64,000 nt of DNA from Thermodesulfobacteriota bacterium (GTDB lineage Bacteria > Desulfobacterota_D > UBA1144 > Nemesobacterales > Nemesobacteraceae). The notes below the pieces were generated by a model. The model had not been told where the DNA came from, ran no database searches, and saw nothing but the letters and a program-made list of their open reading frames with translations. A program made the translations under genes and the position numbers. The stretch is taken from positions 640,001 to 704,000 of the forward strand of contig OZ241855.1 of assembly GCA_965202785.1 (NCBI GenBank), in the 5' to 3' direction. Positions within the stretch are counted from its first letter, which is position 1. Every line of letters begins with the position of its first letter. Shown piece by piece: positions 39,729-48,718 of this stretch.

Positions 39729-41239
39729 GGCGTTATTTTCACCGGAAGCCTTGCCGTGGAAGACCTATCTCCCGTGAGAATCTCCGCAGCAGCCCTGCCC
39801 GCCGTGCGCGAGGAGTCGAAAAGCGAGATAACGGTATCGAAAAAGGTAAACTCGGCCGCGGGATAAGGAGACCCGAAGGTAAGCAGAATCTTCTCGCCCG
39901 AAAAAGAGGAGAAGCCGTTTACGTAATCGATTATCTCCGGGGGAATAACGCAGTTCTCAGTCCAGCCCGCGGGCGCGACCGAAAAAACGCACACAAGCGA
40001 AGAGTCACCATGAAGCCGCGGAGTCTCGGGCCAGCAAAAAAGCTTCTCTGCCCTTACGCCTCCCCCGGAGAACCCTTCACAAAGCCCGCCCAGAAGCTCT
40101 TCTGCCTCATCTGTGCCGAAGTGGAAAACCGAGACCTCTCCGCCGGAGAGAACCCCTCCTCTCAGAACGCAGACAGAGCGGCTGGAGATTTCCCTTGCGT
40201 CTTCTGCGTTTCTCTCAAAATCGGGGACGCTTCTCTCTTCGCCGTCCGAGGCGAAAAGCTTTTTCGCGTAGAATATCCTGGAAAGAGACTCTCCCCGCGC
40301 GGGGTCCTGAAAAAAATCTCCCTCCGCGCATTTTTCAAGGAAGCCCTCGGGATCCCTGGGATCCAGAACGATATCAACTCCGCTTGCTATGGCGGCCAGA
40401 ATGTTTTCCTCCTCTCGTTCCTCTCCCCCTAGGGCGTCCATCCTGAAGGAATCGGAAACAACCAGGCCGCTGAATCCCAGCTTTCCGCGCAGGAGGGCAC
40501 GCAGAACTGGCTCTGAGAGGGTGGCAGGTCCGAGCGGGTCGAGGGAGGGGAAGCATACATGAGCCGGCATCAAGCAGTGAAGCCTTTTCGCAATCGCTTC
40601 CCGGAAAGGCGCAATATCCGATTTTGCGAGTTGCTCGAGGGATTTTTCGACGCTTGGGAGGCAAGCGTGGGAATCCTCTAGGGTGGCGCCGTGGCCGGGA
40701 AAATGTTTCGCGCAGGCAAGCACCCCCTCTTTCTGCAGGGTTTCCGCGAAGGCACTTCCCAGTTTTGAAACGACTGTAGGGTCATCCGAGAACGCCCTTA
40801 CGTTTATTATCGGGTTTCGGGGCTCGGTATTTACGTCAAGAACCGGGGCGAAGGCCAAATTAAGCCCGCAATACTTCATCTCCCGGGCGGTTATAACGGC
40901 CTGGCGTCTCAGGGCCTCCTCGTCGTCTATCGCCCCCTGGGCCATCGCGAAAGGAAAAAGGGTCGCCCCGGAAACACGCTGACCGAGGCCCCTTTCGACG
41001 TCGCAGCCGAAAAAAAGCGGGAACTCGGAGAGAGCCGCAAGCCTCCGCGTGGTCTCCCTCACCCACTCGACATCCCCATTGAATATTATGAAACCGCAGA
41101 CGCAGAAATCCCGCGCGAGACGCTCCGCCCGTTTGACCGAGCCGGGGTCCTGGAAATCGATTCTCGGCATAATAAACTGCGCCGCGCGCCGGGACGCGGG
41201 GAGATCTTTTGACGAAAAAACGGCCGGATTCTCATACAT
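39725..41239 (-). CDS. nagZ: GH3 beta-N-acetylglucosaminidase (NagZ-type)
   Basis: DVERG, FAPVLDVN, NPIINVRAF, KHFPGHGATLEDSH (NagZ Asp-His dyad) and SD nucleophile; no signal peptide. Confidence 0.85.
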   Translation of the reverse strand: MYENPAVFSSKDLPASRRAAQFIMPRIDFQDPGSVKRAERLARDFCVCGFIIFNGDVEWVRETTRRLAALSEFPLFFGCDVERGLGQRVSGATLFPFAMAQGAIDDEEALRRQAVITAREMKYCGLNLAFAPVLDVNTEPRNPIINVRAFSDDPTVVSKLGSAFAETLQKEGVLACAKHFPGHGATLEDSHACLPSVEKSLEQLAKSDIAPFREAIAKRLHCLMPAHVCFPSLDPLGPATLSEPVLRALLRGKLGFSGLVVSDSFRMDALGGEEREEENILAAIASGVDIVLDPRDPEGFLEKCAEGDFFQDPARGESLSRIFYAKKLFASDGEERSVPDFERNAEDAREISSRSVCVLRGGVLSGGEVSVFHFGTDEAEELLGGLCEGFSGGGVRAEKLFCWPETPRLHGDSSLVCVFSVAPAGWTENCVIPPEIIDYVNGFSSFSGEKILLTFGSPYPAAEFTFFDTVISLFDSSRTAGRAAAEILTGDRSSTARLPVKITP

Positions 41240-42419
41240 TTACTATGTTCTTCCCGATTGAGATTTTCCCCAGAACCGTGGCGTCCCGGGCTCCCGTGAC
41301 TTCCGGTACGTTCGCCCGGTTCCCGCATACGGTTTCATTCGCCAGCACAGCGAATCCCACGGCTTCCTTGGCATCCACGGGAATACCGTATTCATCCGAG
41401 AGGCAAAGCCGCTTCGGGGCAAGCTTTTCTCGAAGCCTCGCGACCATCTCCGGATTGTAGGCCCCTCCCCCGCTAAGTATGACTTCTCCCACGTCCGCAC
41501 GCGGGTAAACGAATCTCTCATAGGCAGCGACTATGGAGCAGGCTGTAAACTCGACAAGCGTGCGGAGAAGATCTGGCAGGGAGATGCGTTTTTTTTCCGT
41601 AAGCGAGAAAAGCCTCGCGACCATCTCCTCCCCGAAAAGCTCCCTGCCGGTCGATTTAGGGGGTTCTATGTCGAAGTAAGGATTTTTCATAAGACTGCGA
41701 AGAATATCTTCCTTGACCGAACCCTTCTTCGCTATCTCTCCGTCCTCGTCAAAGTTCTTTTCTCCCCCGGAGGCAAGGCGCGCCACCGAGTCGATCAGGG
41801 AATTGCCGGGACCCGTATCAAACGCCAGGAGTTCCTCGCGCTTTCCCGTAACCAGAGTGCAGTTGGAAATGCCTCCTATGTTCTGGGCGATTATGTTTTT
41901 CCCGGTCCCGGAGAACAGCAGGTAATCCACGTAGGGCATAAGGGGAGCGCCTTCTCCGCCGGCCGCCACATCCCTAGTCCTGAAATCTCCCACAGTGGTA
42001 ATTCCCGTTGCCTCGCAGATAACGTCGGCTTCGCCGAGCTGGAGAGTCGAGGAAACGGTTCCCCCGAGAGAGGGCGGGTTGTGAAAAACCGTCTGACCGT
42101 GGGTACCCACCAAATCCACGTCGGTCGTTTTCAGGGAGGCTTTGCGGAGAAGATCAAACACTGCGGCGGCAAACTCCTGGCCGAGGAGGAAATTCAGGTC
42201 GGAGACCGAACCGGCGTTTAGGGAACCGACTGAGAGAAGAAGCTTTCTGGCGGCATCCGAGTATTCCCGACAGATAAAGTCTTCGATCCATACTTCGGTA
42301 TCCTCCCCCGAACCGCTAATTCTCACCAGCGCCGCGTCGATGCCGTCCATCGAAGTCCCGGAGATGAGACCGATGATCAGTTTTTCCTTTTTCGAAATTA
42401 TCGGATGAAGCCAGTTCAC
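41232..42419 (-). CDS. anmK: Anhydro-N-acetylmuramic acid kinase
   Basis: GLISGTSMDGID, HGQTVFH, DFRTRDVAAGGEGAPL, NIGGISN, FDTGPGN, PKSTGRE and KEAVGFA. Confidence 0.96.
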   Translation of the reverse strand: MNWLHPIISKKEKLIIGLISGTSMDGIDAALVRISGSGEDTEVWIEDFICREYSDAARKLLLSVGSLNAGSVSDLNFLLGQEFAAAVFDLLRKASLKTTDVDLVGTHGQTVFHNPPSLGGTVSSTLQLGEADVICEATGITTVGDFRTRDVAAGGEGAPLMPYVDYLLFSGTGKNIIAQNIGGISNCTLVTGKREELLAFDTGPGNSLIDSVARLASGGEKNFDEDGEIAKKGSVKEDILRSLMKNPYFDIEPPKSTGRELFGEEMVARLFSLTEKKRISLPDLLRTLVEFTACSIVAAYERFVYPRADVGEVILSGGGAYNPEMVARLREKLAPKRLCLSDEYGIPVDAKEAVGFAVLANETVCGNRANVPEVTGARDATVLGKISIGKNIVNV

Positions 42420-42500
42420 GGGGAAAAAGCTACCTGATAGAGCAGCGGTTTAGCAGGCAAATTCCTCAAGCGCACACACTATTGTTCCCAAAGCTCCTTT

Positions 42501-42542
42501 AGCGTCCAATTTACGGTTTCATGAGCGTCCAAATTACGGTTT
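42501..42542. repeat. Imperfect tandem direct repeat (23-bp period) over the murQ stop codon
   Basis: AGCGTCCAATTTACGGTTT at 42501 and AGCGTCCAAATTACGGTTT at 42524. Confidence 0.8.
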
Positions 42543-43457
42543 TCCTGTCCTGGGGAATACGGTTGCAAGGGTTTTCTTTAAAGATTCGCCGTTTTCTCTC
42601 AGCAAACTGGCAGATCCTTCAAGAGAGAGCCCCCCCAGTTTCATGACCACGGCAACTTTGAGATTCCCGTCGGCTTCCCGGAAAAGCGAGGCGGCTTCTT
42701 CTTCCCCCACGCCGCATATCTCCATTATGATTCTCCTTGCCCTGTCAGCAAGCTTTGAGGAAGTGGGCTTAAGATCAACCATCAGGTTCCCGTAAGTTTT
42801 CCCGAGAAGCACCATCGCGGTCGTCGTAACCATGTTAAGGACCATTTTGGTAGCGGTAGCGGCCTTGAGCCTGGTGGAACCCACTATAACTTCAGGACCG
42901 ACAAGAAGGGTTATGACCAAATCGGCCGGGACGTTCTCCGGCTCGCTGCAGCATACAAGTATGCTTGCGCAACCAACCGTCTTGGCATATTCAAGGGCCG
43001 ATATCACAAACGGCGTACCGGAACTCGCCGCAATTCCCAGGACCACGTCGTCCCCCGAGAGTTTTTTGTCGCGCAGGGCTTCCACGGAAGCCGTAGCGGA
43101 ATCCTCTGCACCCTCGACCGAGTTCCATACCGCATCCCGCCCTCCCGCCATAACCGCCTGCACCGTCTCGGGGTCCGTTCCGAAAGTTGGCGGGCATTCG
43201 GCAGCCTCCATCACCCCGAGCCGCCCGCTTGTCCCCGCCCCGACGAAAAAAACCCTGCCGTCGCGCTCAAGGGAGCGGAAAACCATTTCCGCCGCCCGGG
43301 AGATGGAATCTTTTTGCCTGGAAACGGCCTCAAACGCCGCCCGGTCTTCCCCGCTTACAAGATCGATGATTTCAGAACATGAAAGTTCATCGATGCTGAT
43401 CGTCCTCGGGTTTACTTTCTCTGTGAGCAGGTGTCCTGTCCGGCGAGTCTTCTCCAC
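42534..43457 (-). CDS. murQ: N-acetylmuramic acid 6-phosphate etherase
   Basis: LTEKVNP, GAGTSGRLG, ECPPTFG, EGAED, GIAASSGTP, GPEVIVGSTRLKA and YGNLMVD; probable GTG at 43457. Confidence 0.96.
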   Translation of the reverse strand: MEKTRRTGHLLTEKVNPRTISIDELSCSEIIDLVSGEDRAAFEAVSRQKDSISRAAEMVFRSLERDGRVFFVGAGTSGRLGVMEAAECPPTFGTDPETVQAVMAGGRDAVWNSVEGAEDSATASVEALRDKKLSGDDVVLGIAASSGTPFVISALEYAKTVGCASILVCCSEPENVPADLVITLLVGPEVIVGSTRLKAATATKMVLNMVTTTAMVLLGKTYGNLMVDLKPTSSKLADRARRIIMEICGVGEEEAASLFREADGNLKVAVVMKLGGLSLEGSASLLRENGESLKKTLATVFPRTGKP

Positions 43458-43557
43458 GGGAATATTATATCTGAAACGTGGGCCGCTTATCCGGAGAACC
43501 GTCCGCAGTGCCAAGTTTGATTTGTAAGCAATATCCGTATAGAGTCCTTTGGATATT

Positions 43558-43634
43558 GCGGGTGTAGCTCAGCTGGCCAGAGCATTGGCTTCCCAAGCCA
43601 AGGGTCGCGGGTTCGAATCCCGTCGCCCGCTCCA
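43558..43634 (+). tRNA. tRNA-Gly(CCC)
   Basis: GCGGGTGTAGCTCAGCTGG...TTGGC-TTCCCAA-GCCAA...GGTTCGAATCC...CCCGCTCCA; cloverleaf with encoded CCA. Confidence 0.97.
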
Positions 43635-43769
43635 ACCCCTTCCCATAAATCGAAAGAAGCTTCACTATTTATAAGACCGCCGCCCTCAATTGACAAGCTG
43701 CATGAAGCCACCAATGAGAAACTCCTCACGTATGGAATAGAGCCAAAAAATTAAAACGCTATCCAATAG

Positions 43770-44384
43770 TCATGATCTCTTCTGGAAAACCAGATGCTTA
43801 AGACCGAAAAAATTCCAGAAAAGCGTGAATATCAAGGACACCGCGGCTCCTATGTTTGCCCAGACGGTGGAGGAAATAGAACCACCAGAACCACCAAACT
43901 CGGCGACCACGTAGGAAGCGACCGCAACGTTTATCACAAGCCCCACACCCACAACGGCGAAAAATTTTATGAGCTGGTTCATCCACCCTTCGGCCCCGTT
44001 GCTTTGAAACGTCCAGAACTTGTTCCACGCATACCCGTTAACGTTCGCCAGGATAAAGGAAACCGCCTTGAAAACCGAGTACAAAACCCCCTCGGCCACC
44101 CCGGAGTAATAAATGAGCAGGTTGAGTATCCCGAAGTCGATCACGAGGTTTGAAAAGCTTATCATGCAGAACTTCGCGAACTGGACAAGCGAGGGCCACT
44201 GGGAGAAAAACCGGAGAAAAAGAAAGTGGATCACGGGACTCAGTATGAAAAGCCCCCACTGCACCCCGGCAAGCGTGGAGTGCACGCCGGGCATCTCCGC
44301 ACGGAGCGTGAAGAAGAGAAGCAGTACGAAAAACGCGTTTATCTCGCTTATTACGAATAAAACGGGGTAATCCGATCTGGTCAT
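43770..44384 (-). CDS. GtrA family membrane protein
   Basis: QFAKFC, IDFGILNLL, NGYAWNKFWTF and WNFFGLKHLVF. Confidence 0.85.
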   Translation of the reverse strand: MTRSDYPVLFVISEINAFFVLLLFFTLRAEMPGVHSTLAGVQWGLFILSPVIHFLFLRFFSQWPSLVQFAKFCMISFSNLVIDFGILNLLIYYSGVAEGVLYSVFKAVSFILANVNGYAWNKFWTFQSNGAEGWMNQLIKFFAVVGVGLVINVAVASYVVAEFGGSGGSISSTVWANIGAAVSLIFTLFWNFFGLKHLVFQKRS

Positions 44385-44466
44385 GGCCGGTTTTTGGAAA
44401 AAAAGGGTTGCACCCCGAAGCAAGAGGCTTCGGGATACAACCCTGAAAACTGTACTTACCTTACCT

Positions 44467-45240
44467 TCAGTTAACTACCTGGTACTGGGGGTAGACGAAA
44501 CTTCCCTTGGTCCAGATAGCCCAGGTCGGATCCGCAAGCGGCTTAAGCTTGTGAAGAGCATGTCCCTCGGGAGCCGTGAACGTTATTTTCGGGTTAGCCA
44601 TCGATACTGTCCCTCCGTTCCACGGGATCGGGTACTTGACCACTCCCTTGTCCTCGATAAACCCGAAATAGTTAAGGTGCCCTCCGCCGAATCCTCCGAG
44701 TTCGCTTCCGACCTCGGCCGTGGCCTCGATCATCGACTGCCCGCCGACTTCAAGCTTTGTCTTCAGCACTCCGTTCTCTACCACGGTGGTGGTCATTCCC
44801 TCCTGAGCGGGAATGCCGACGGGCTTGGTGAACTCCCTCATCGTGGGAGAGCTGTTATAGTAATGAACGAAGTACCTTCCGGGATAGGTTATATCGGAAT
44901 CCATCACGTACGAGTCGTGACCATCAAGCTCGATCGTGAGATAGGTGAGCGTGTACGCCCCGAATCCCGAGGTCTGGTTCTTGTCGGGAACCGTGTACAT
45001 GTTTATGACTACGTGATTGTTCGGATGGGGCTTAAGACCCGCCGGAAGCATCGATTTCAAAACCTCCGGATCGGCCTTGTAGCCTGCAATGAACATCCAA
45101 GCGCCGGTTACAAGCTGCGGACCCGGAAGCGAAAACGACTTGGCCGGGGCCGGGGGGGCTTCACCCGAGTGCGTGGCCGTGAGCGGAACGGCAGAGAAAA
45201 CCAAAGCAATCAAAAAAACCAAAAACCTTTTAGCTGACAT
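44467..45240 (-). CDS. Exported acetoacetate decarboxylase-like (ADC superfamily) protein
   Basis: Signal peptide; YKADPEVLKSMLPAGLKP and TSGFGAY motifs; strong RBS AAGGAGG. Confidence 0.65.
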   Translation of the reverse strand: MSAKRFLVFLIALVFSAVPLTATHSGEAPPAPAKSFSLPGPQLVTGAWMFIAGYKADPEVLKSMLPAGLKPHPNNHVVINMYTVPDKNQTSGFGAYTLTYLTIELDGHDSYVMDSDITYPGRYFVHYYNSSPTMREFTKPVGIPAQEGMTTTVVENGVLKTKLEVGGQSMIEATAEVGSELGGFGGGHLNYFGFIEDKGVVKYPIPWNGGTVSMANPKITFTAPEGHALHKLKPLADPTWAIWTKGSFVYPQYQVVN

Positions 45241-45309
45241 GTTTATTACCTCCTTAAGACTTTCTGATTCAATATCCTGACGTCGCCGGAAGCGGGGTCC
45301 GTTTGAACC

Positions 45310-46086
45310 CTAATGCTCTTCCGACGCTCTCTTTTCCTTTTCTTCTATCATATACCTAACGGCGGAGCGAACAAACCTGTTTCTCTCGGCCTCCCCGAGC
45401 ACTCCCTTAAGCGCATCGTGAACCGAGGGATCCACTACAAGCCCCCCAATCGAGCCTTCTCCTTCCCTGATCATTCGGGAAACCTCGGCCAGGTTTGAGG
45501 AGAAGCTTCTCACGTCCGCCGCGAACTGCTCATCGTAGAGGAGAGTATGCAGGAAATCCTCCTGCTTCTCATCCGCAAACGCCGCCACTATCTTGTCGAG
45601 ATTCCTGGAGATGGACGTCAGGTTCGTCACGAACTCCTCTGACTGGCTTATTATCTCCTGCATCTCGGGCGACGTGTAGCCCTTGATCACGATCCCGTCG
45701 CGGGCCCTGCCTATGCTTTCTCCCTGGCCGGGAACGATCTCGACGAATTTCGCCCCAAGAAGCCCTTCGGTCTTGATCGTGGCGTGAGAGTCCTTAGAGA
45801 TTCTGGAAAACGCCCGCTTGTTTATTTCCATTACGACCTGGACCTTCCCGAGGGAAAGATCGTCTGAGAAACGGATAGATGACACCGACCCCACGCCCAC
45901 CCCCGAGAGTCGCACATAGGCACCCTCGAGCAGTCCCGCCGAGTTGTCAAAGTAGGTCTTTACCTTGTACTCCCTCTCAAAGAGCTCTTCCTGGCCGCTT
46001 ATCGTAAAAACTCCGTAAACGAATATAGCGATCGATACGAGAACGAAAATCCCTACCTTGAGTTGAGCCGATCTCTGTTTTTCCAT
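45310..46086 (-). CDS. MCE/MlaD family protein
   Basis: N-terminal TM, F..SAGLLEGAYVRLSGVGVGSV and IKTEGLLGAKFVEIVPG. Confidence 0.92.
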   Translation of the reverse strand: MEKQRSAQLKVGIFVLVSIAIFVYGVFTISGQEELFEREYKVKTYFDNSAGLLEGAYVRLSGVGVGSVSSIRFSDDLSLGKVQVVMEINKRAFSRISKDSHATIKTEGLLGAKFVEIVPGQGESIGRARDGIVIKGYTSPEMQEIISQSEEFVTNLTSISRNLDKIVAAFADEKQEDFLHTLLYDEQFAADVRSFSSNLAEVSRMIREGEGSIGGLVVDPSVHDALKGVLGEAERNRFVRSAVRYMIEEKEKRASEEH

Positions 46087-46249
46087 CTGCGCTCTCCAGG
46101 CGCTGCCGACGCACCTTACCTTTAGGTATTGTACCGAAAAACCGGATTATTTGTAAGCGGAGAATTGAAAATCCGGGTGGCTGTGATAACCTCAATTACT
46201 CTGTTCCGTCCAAGGCACGCCCCCGATCCTGAAAAGGGGTTTTTCATTC

Positions 46250-47866
46250 ATGACAAGGATAAAAAGAGCGGTAATAAGCGTTTACGACAAAAAGGGGATA
46301 ACCACGCTCGCAAAGGGCCTGGGGGAGCTTGGCGTCAAGATGCTCTCAACCGGAGGAACCGCCAGGAGGCTCAGGGACGGCGGGGCGAAAGTGACGGAAA
46401 TATCGGACTACACGGGGTTTCCCGAAATACTGGGAGGATGTCTTGGGGGTGTGGCTCCCGTGAGGGTGAAAACGCTTCACCCCAAAATCCACGGGGGCCT
46501 TCTTGGAATGAGGGACGATGAGGACCACCTTGGAATGAGGGACGATGAGGACCACCTCGGGGAAATGGCCGGGAATTCCATAGAACCGATAGACATGCTC
46601 GTGGTCAACTTCTACCCCTTTGAGGAAGTGGTCACAAAAGAGGGAACCACGTTTTCTGAAGCGATAGAGAACATAGACATAGGCGGGCCGGCGATGCTTC
46701 GGGCCGCGGCGAAAAACCACGCGTCGGTAACCGTGCTCACCGATCCCGAAGACTACGGCGCCGTGCTCAGGGAGCTTCGCAAAAACAAGGGGAAAATCTC
46801 TCCCGAAACCAATTTCCGCCTCTCGGCAAAGGCCTTTTCCTACGTCTCGAGATACGACGCGGCGATATCGAACTACCTCTCGTCCCTCGAACCCGGCGGC
46901 GAAAAAAACCCGCTTCCGGCGACCTACACCCTCTACCTCGAAAAAAAGCTAGATCTTCGCTACGGGGAGAATCCCCATCAGCTTGGGGCCTTCTACACGG
47001 AGGGCGGCATAGCCGGGTCGCACTGCGTCGCGAACGCCAGGCAGCTCCAGGGGAAGGAGCTTTCCCTCAACAACATATACGACACCGACTCCGCCTTCGA
47101 ACTCGTAAGGGAGTTTGAAGAGACCGCATGCGTAATAGTGAAGCACAATAATCCCTGCGGAGCGGCACTCGGGGACACTCCCGCAGAGGCGTTCTCCCGT
47201 GCGAGGGAATGCGACCCGGAAAGTGCTTTCGGCGGGATAATCGCCTTTAACAGGGAGGTTGACGAGGCCGCGGCCGAGGAGATAGCCGGCATGTTCGCCG
47301 AGGTCCTAATAGCCCCCGGTTTTTCAGAAAAGGCGCTCATGCTACTATCAGGCAGGAAGAACCTGCGGGTGCTTCTCACGGGAGGCATGGATATCGGGGG
47401 AGCGGGAATCTGGGACATAAAGAAGGTGACGGGCGGGGCGCTCATACAGCAAAGCGACAGGGGATGGGGAGATGATTTCTCGGACATAAAGATCCCGACC
47501 AAGAGAAAACCCACCCCCGAGGAGATGGCCGATCTCCGGTTCGCCTGGAAGGTCTGCCGGCACACCAAGTCAAACGCCATTGTCTATGCGAGGGATCTCC
47601 GGACGGTAGGGATAGGAGCGGGACAGATGAGCAGGGTCGATTCGGTAAGGATCGCTGGGATGAAGGCCCGCATGCCGACCGATGGCTCGGTGCTCGCTTC
47701 TGACGCGTTTTTCCCTTTCAGAGACGGGGTTGACGAAGCGGCAAGAGCGGGAATCACGGCGATAGCGCAGCCCGGGGGATCCGTAAGGGACGCCGAGGTG
47801 ATCGCCGCGGCCGACGAACACTCGATGGCGATGATCTTTACCGGGAAAAGGCACTTCAAGCACTGA
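46250..47866 (+). CDS. purH: Bifunctional IMP cyclohydrolase / AICAR transformylase (with two in-frame insertions)
   Basis: ISVYDK, STGGTA, RVKTLHP, IENIDIGGP, LRYGENPHQ, KHNNPCG, GAGQMSRVDS, ASDAFFPF and RHFKH. Confidence 0.97.
   Translation: MTRIKRAVISVYDKKGITTLAKGLGELGVKMLSTGGTARRLRDGGAKVTEISDYTGFPEILGGCLGGVAPVRVKTLHPKIHGGLLGMRDDEDHLGMRDDEDHLGEMAGNSIEPIDMLVVNFYPFEEVVTKEGTTFSEAIENIDIGGPAMLRAAAKNHASVTVLTDPEDYGAVLRELRKNKGKISPETNFRLSAKAFSYVSRYDAAISNYLSSLEPGGEKNPLPATYTLYLEKKLDLRYGENPHQLGAFYTEGGIAGSHCVANARQLQGKELSLNNIYDTDSAFELVREFEETACVIVKHNNPCGAALGDTPAEAFSRARECDPESAFGGIIAFNREVDEAAAEEIAGMFAEVLIAPGFSEKALMLLSGRKNLRVLLTGGMDIGGAGIWDIKKVTGGALIQQSDRGWGDDFSDIKIPTKRKPTPEEMADLRFAWKVCRHTKSNAIVYARDLRTVGIGAGQMSRVDSVRIAGMKARMPTDGSVLASDAFFPFRDGVDEAARAGITAIAQPGGSVRDAEVIAAADEHSMAMIFTGKRHFKH
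46502..46557 (+). repeat. Perfect 27-bp tandem duplication inside purH
   Basis: CTTGGAATGAGGGACGATGAGGACCAC occurs twice, encoding LGMRDDEDH twice. Confidence 0.95.
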
Positions 47867-47875
47867 GCGGTGCCC

Positions 47876-47990
47876 CGTTAGGAAAGGATTCGGGCATATC
47901 CTTTCTTTACGGAATTTCTAAAGAAAGGAAACTTTCCTTAAAAACGGGCTAAAGAAAGGTTTTCGGGGTTTTCTTTCTTAACGAAATTTC
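47876..47990. repeat. Cluster of degenerate TAAAGAAAGG / CCTTTCTTTA inverted repeats
   Basis: Three forward copies (TTAGGAAAGG, TAAAGAAAGG twice) alternate with three reverse copies (CCTTTCTTTA, CTTTCCTTA, TCTTTCTTAA). Confidence 0.65.
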
Positions 47991-48129
47991 CGGAAATGAT
48001 ATTCTCATCAGAAATTAACGATAGAATGCACGTCGCAGTTCGTGCGTCAATTGGGCTCAAGCTTTATTGCCAACACAGAAGTATTAAGAAAAGGCCTAAA
48101 TTCGCCATGACGCATACACATGCAACAAC

Positions 48130-48456
48130 TTAGCCTGAAACAAGATAAATTCGCTTTTGCAGGCTACCAGAAACAGCAGCAATCACTTTGGGGACAAGTG
48201 GCCTTAATTCCTGTAAACGGTTCTGATGAGCAACCATGACGACGACGGGGATTGTAAAGTGGGTCAAGTTCTGCTGATACTCAATACCTTGGTCCACCGT
48301 GATTAGGGCGGCAAATCCATGGGCAGAGGCAAGGCGCAACAGGTCACCGTTGGTACTGCCGGTTCATCCCATTTGCTGGACCGTTCGCATTTTGAACTCA
48401 TCGGGAAGAAACGAACCGAGTCTTTTTGGAACGGATTCGTCAAGCAGTAGCTTCAT
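48130..48456 (-). pseudogene. DUF5615/PIN-like toxin with an in-frame nonsense codon
   Basis: MKLLLDESVPKRL...RTVQQMG*TGSTNGDLLRLA...LITVDQGIEYQQNL; TGA at 48364-48366 replaces the expected Trp TGG. Confidence 0.85.
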
Positions 48457-48664
48457 CCACTTTACCCACGAGCATTGCTTTTGCGCGTTCAAGCACGGCA
48501 ACCGCCTGACCGCGCGTTACCGTAGGGCAATCTTCCAAGAACTCGTCAAGTGAGTCTCCCGCTTCCAAGTGTTCCATCAGGATACATACAGGAACCCTTG
48601 TTCCGGAAAACACCGGAGTTCCACCCAAGATGTCTGGATTTCTATCGATCAACTTGTCCGGCAT
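48440..48664 (-). CDS. DUF433 family antitoxin
   Basis: IDRNPDILGGTPVFSGTRVPV and LEAGDSLDEFLE; overlaps the toxin start. Confidence 0.92.
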   Translation of the reverse strand: MPDKLIDRNPDILGGTPVFSGTRVPVCILMEHLEAGDSLDEFLEDCPTVTRGQAVAVLERAKAMLVGKVDEATA

Positions 48665-48718
48665 GACTCTTTCCCCTTACAAAGCAATGTAATCCCGGAG
48701 AACTCGATTATCAAGAGT

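Noticed and set aside
43558-44423. tRNA-Gly next to gtrA as a possible prophage or island attachment site
   Set aside because: No integrase, no duplicated tRNA 3' end and no gtrB seen in the window.
48364-48366. In-frame TGA as evidence for an alternative genetic code or selenocysteine
   Set aside because: Many genes here terminate at TGA and use TGG for Trp; the position corresponds to Trp, not Cys.
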